Below are positions 41,208-43,626 of a stretch of DNA of 43,626 bases, one piece after another. Below the pieces are notes generated by a model that ran no database searches, was not told where the DNA came from, and saw only the letters and a program-made list of their open reading frames with translations. Both the position numbers and the translations under genes were made by a program. The stretch is from a virus, in the IMG/VR virus record IMGVR_UViG_3300037430_000005, positions 1-43,626 of that record; one strand, 5' to 3'. How positions within the stretch are numbered: position 1 is the first letter of the stretch; every line of letters begins with the position of its first letter.

Positions 41208-41596
41208 CGTCCCGTCAACAGCCAATTGAGCCGCCCCCAGAAGCCCCGCCGAGTGAACGCGCGGAACTGATCCGCGATCTCGTTCGTGACCACCATCGTC
41301 GTGTCAAAGGCGTTCACATGCACCCGTTCCACGCGGGCGCGTAAATCCTTCTCGATGTGGTCCACCTTGTCGTACATCGCCGCGAAGCTCGCTTCGACCT
41401 GTTCAAAGCGTTCGACCACGGCGCCCTGCGTCTCCGCGATGACATGGGCTAAGCCGTCCGTCGTACGCTTATGGGCAGCCTGTTGCGTCGGGTTCATCGG
41501 ACGTGTCCTTGATTGCAACGTCTGCGCATCAAGCCGCTCCCCCGTGCTGACGCGCACGTAGGTGTCCGTCGCCAGGTCATACACCAGATCAGTCAT
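41204..41596 (-). CDS. Hypothetical head-module protein
   Basis: 130 aa. ATGA overlap with the portal stop. Confidence 0.5.
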   Translation of the reverse strand: MTDLVYDLATDTYVRVSTGERLDAQTLQSRTRPMNPTQQAAHKRTTDGLAHVIAETQGAVVERFEQVEASFAAMYDKVDHIEKDLRARVERVHVNAFDTTMVVTNEIADQFRAFTRRGFWGRLNWLLTGR

Positions 41597-43626
41597 GCCT
41601 CAGCCATCGGCGGCGGCTGCAGCGCCGCTTGCGCTTCCTGCGCCTCGAGCGCGTGCGCCTGGCCGACTTCGGCTTGCTCGAGCCCTTGCTGATGGCTCAC
41701 GTCGCCCGCTTCTAAGGATTGCTCGTGGCCCAGCTGCGCCATCCCGGCTTCATGCGCCTGCCCTTGTTCCGCCTGCTGCATCTGCGCTGCTCGGGCGAGG
41801 GCATTCTCCGCGCTGTCCACTTCGGCCTGCATCTGCATCCCGCGAATCTTCAGTTCCTCGATCCGCAGTTTCGTCTCGTTGTCCATCGCCGCAATGCGGA
41901 GCTTGAGCTCGCCTTCCGCTTGCGCGATCTGGAGCTTGGCCTGGAGGTCCGCTTGCGAGGATTGCGCGTGACTCTGCGCGTCGATCTGTTTACCCTGCAG
42001 CGTCGCTTGCGCTTTGGCCGCATCCGTCGCCAGCTGTTGCTGCGCTTCCTGTAGGGCTTGCTGCATCTGCTGGAGCTGTTGCTGCAAGGCTTGCGTCTGC
42101 GGATCCGGCGCCGCTTGCCCGTTCTTCTGCGCACTCAGTAAGGCTTGCACCGGCGGCGCGAGCATGACCTTCGCCCGTTCCGCCATCTCCGTGTGCCCGG
42201 GCCCGTCTTGGTGCTTGAAGAAGAGATCCCCGAAGACGGCCATCAGGTTCGGGTCCGCGGCAATCATGTTGCCCACGAGCTCCGCTTCCTGCTGGCGGCG
42301 GGATTCAAAGCTCTTCGTGACCTTGATGATCACGTTGAAGTGCGCGTCTTTGGTGAGGGTGTACGTCTTGGCCTCGGGGGCCGGTTGCCCCGTCTGCGGA
42401 TCCACGGGCGCCGGTTGCGGCTTGCCCCCTTGCATGATCGAGGGCTGATGGAGCAACACGCTTTCGGGTTCGCCCTGGCCGTTGAGAATTCGGGCCATGC
42501 GCCCCGGCCGGTTGTAGATCGGATACAGCAGATTGTTGATGATCTGCGCTTCGTAGCGGATGCTCCGCTGCAGGTTGTCCAGAAAGTGCGACGTGCCCTG
42601 TTGATCCTGCTGGACAATCGCGTTGATGGCTTTGCCCGATTTGAGACTCGGATCCACGCGGCCCATCGAGGGGTCATGCACCGCCATCGTGCTCTGAATC
42701 GCCTGATCGAACATCGAGACCGATCCCGCAATGGCCTGGATCGGCGTATCGACTTGCGTGCGAATCGGCGGGCCGACTTGATTGCCTTCTAAGTCGCGCG
42801 TGCGATACGGCAGATAGGGCAAGGTGCGCGTATTCGCCACCTGATACCACTGCTCGTAGCTTTCGACCTGCCCTTCCGCGACTTGGAACGGGGGAATCGG
42901 GGCCAAGCCCACCGTCTCCACCCATTTCGAGACCATCGCGTTGAAGCCTTGCTGACTATCCCGTGACGGCCGCACCATGCCTTCGTACCGCCGCTCGTCG
43001 TCATAGGGCTGGAGCTCTTCGCCCACGACTTTCACGATCGGCAGATCGGGCCCGGGCCAGTCGGTCTCATCGAGGATTTGCGTGCCGTCGAGTTGCGCCC
43101 AGCAAATCGTTTTCTCGATGACTTCGCGCGTGTCCACGGGATCGGATCCGTCGGGGAGTTCCTCGTCCCAATAGACGGACCCGTCCGCGAGCACGGCCAG
43201 CGTCTTCGTCTCGCGCTTCGTGTAGTAGTAATCGACCACGCGACAGGACCGCGTTTCCCCTTCGCTCGTAAACCAGCCGGGGTAGTCATCCCCGAGCGCG
43301 CGGAACTCGTCACTGTCGGCCCGGGTCAAGGGATTCGGCGAGCCATTCGCCAACCGGGGATACGTCGCTTTGTATTCCGCCCACGGCATATCGCGCCCGA
43401 CAAAGCCCCACTCGGCATCGCTACCGTCGGGTTGTTCATGGGCAGGATCCAGGCTCACGGCCGCCTGGTTGTAGATGCGCTTGACGTAAATCTCTTGATC
43501 CCACGTTTTGCCGGGGGCGTACTGCGTCATGACCAGGTAGTAGCCCCGTCCCGCTTGCACGGCTCGGGCAAAGGCCCACGTCCGGGCATCGGCCGCATGG
43601 GAGTCGCGTTGAATGCGCCGCACCAA
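41593..43626 (-). CDS. Portal protein (main part, 5' end continues at 511..1 across the circular junction)
   Basis: 677 aa in the window, and the ORF runs off the window edge. Long Q/A/E-rich C-terminal helix resembling the P22 portal barrel. Total about 805 aa if it starts at GTG 511. Confidence 0.85.
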   Translation of the reverse strand: MVRRIQRDSHAADARTWAFARAVQAGRGYYLVMTQYAPGKTWDQEIYVKRIYNQAAVSLDPAHEQPDGSDAEWGFVGRDMPWAEYKATYPRLANGSPNPLTRADSDEFRALGDDYPGWFTSEGETRSCRVVDYYYTKRETKTLAVLADGSVYWDEELPDGSDPVDTREVIEKTICWAQLDGTQILDETDWPGPDLPIVKVVGEELQPYDDERRYEGMVRPSRDSQQGFNAMVSKWVETVGLAPIPPFQVAEGQVESYEQWYQVANTRTLPYLPYRTRDLEGNQVGPPIRTQVDTPIQAIAGSVSMFDQAIQSTMAVHDPSMGRVDPSLKSGKAINAIVQQDQQGTSHFLDNLQRSIRYEAQIINNLLYPIYNRPGRMARILNGQGEPESVLLHQPSIMQGGKPQPAPVDPQTGQPAPEAKTYTLTKDAHFNVIIKVTKSFESRRQQEAELVGNMIAADPNLMAVFGDLFFKHQDGPGHTEMAERAKVMLAPPVQALLSAQKNGQAAPDPQTQALQQQLQQMQQALQEAQQQLATDAAKAQATLQGKQIDAQSHAQSSQADLQAKLQIAQAEGELKLRIAAMDNETKLRIEELKIRGMQMQAEVDSAENALARAAQMQQAEQGQAHEAGMAQLGHEQSLEAGDVSHQQGLEQAEVGQAHALEAQEAQAALQPPPMAEA
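43500..43626. repeat. Terminal overlap, second copy of 1..127
   Basis: Identical 127-mer at the window start. Confidence 0.95.

Overview
The window is a complete, circularly closed phage genome. Bases 1..127 are identical to 43500..43626, so the unit length is 43,499 bp. GC content is high. Almost every gene lies on the minus strand in one long, translationally coupled array with many ATGA, GTGA and TGATG stop/start overlaps.

Gene order matches a temperate P22-like podovirus:
- Packaging and head: TerS-like, TerL, portal (spans the contig junction), scaffold-like, P22-type coat.
- Tail and ejection: gp4/gp11-like adaptor, gp10-like tail hub, three large ejection-type proteins, fibre proteins.
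- Then small membrane proteins.
- Lysogeny module: tyrosine integrase, an attP core that is the 3' ~50 nt of an initiator-type tRNA-Met, a CI-like XRE repressor divergent from the early operon, and a short plus-strand island of secreted proteins.
- Early region: replication, recombination and DNA-binding genes.

Accessory content is unusually rich:
1. A family of nine ~60-bp structured repeats (CGCGAAGG-N26-28-CTTACCGCG). They sit exactly at gene boundaries, occur in both orientations, and are confined to the early/lysogeny half. Two inverted pairs each bracket a single gene like a cassette.
2. A 1,982-bp IS1595-family element with perfect 22-bp inverted repeats, carrying the transposase plus three coupled cargo ORFs.
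3. A 464-bp non-autonomous relative with perfect 22-bp inverted repeats (16/22 identical to the IS ends), an 8-bp target duplication and one cargo gene. It is inserted exactly into a former ATGA stop/start junction.
4. Six homing-endonuclease-type genes wedged between core genes.
5. Two predicted polysaccharide-degrading enzymes and no recognisable endolysin.
6. A GNAT and oxygenase-like pair inside the virion operon.
7. A 613-aa Q/N/G-rich ejection-module protein.

Product calls rest on motifs I could read in the translations. No database search was possible.
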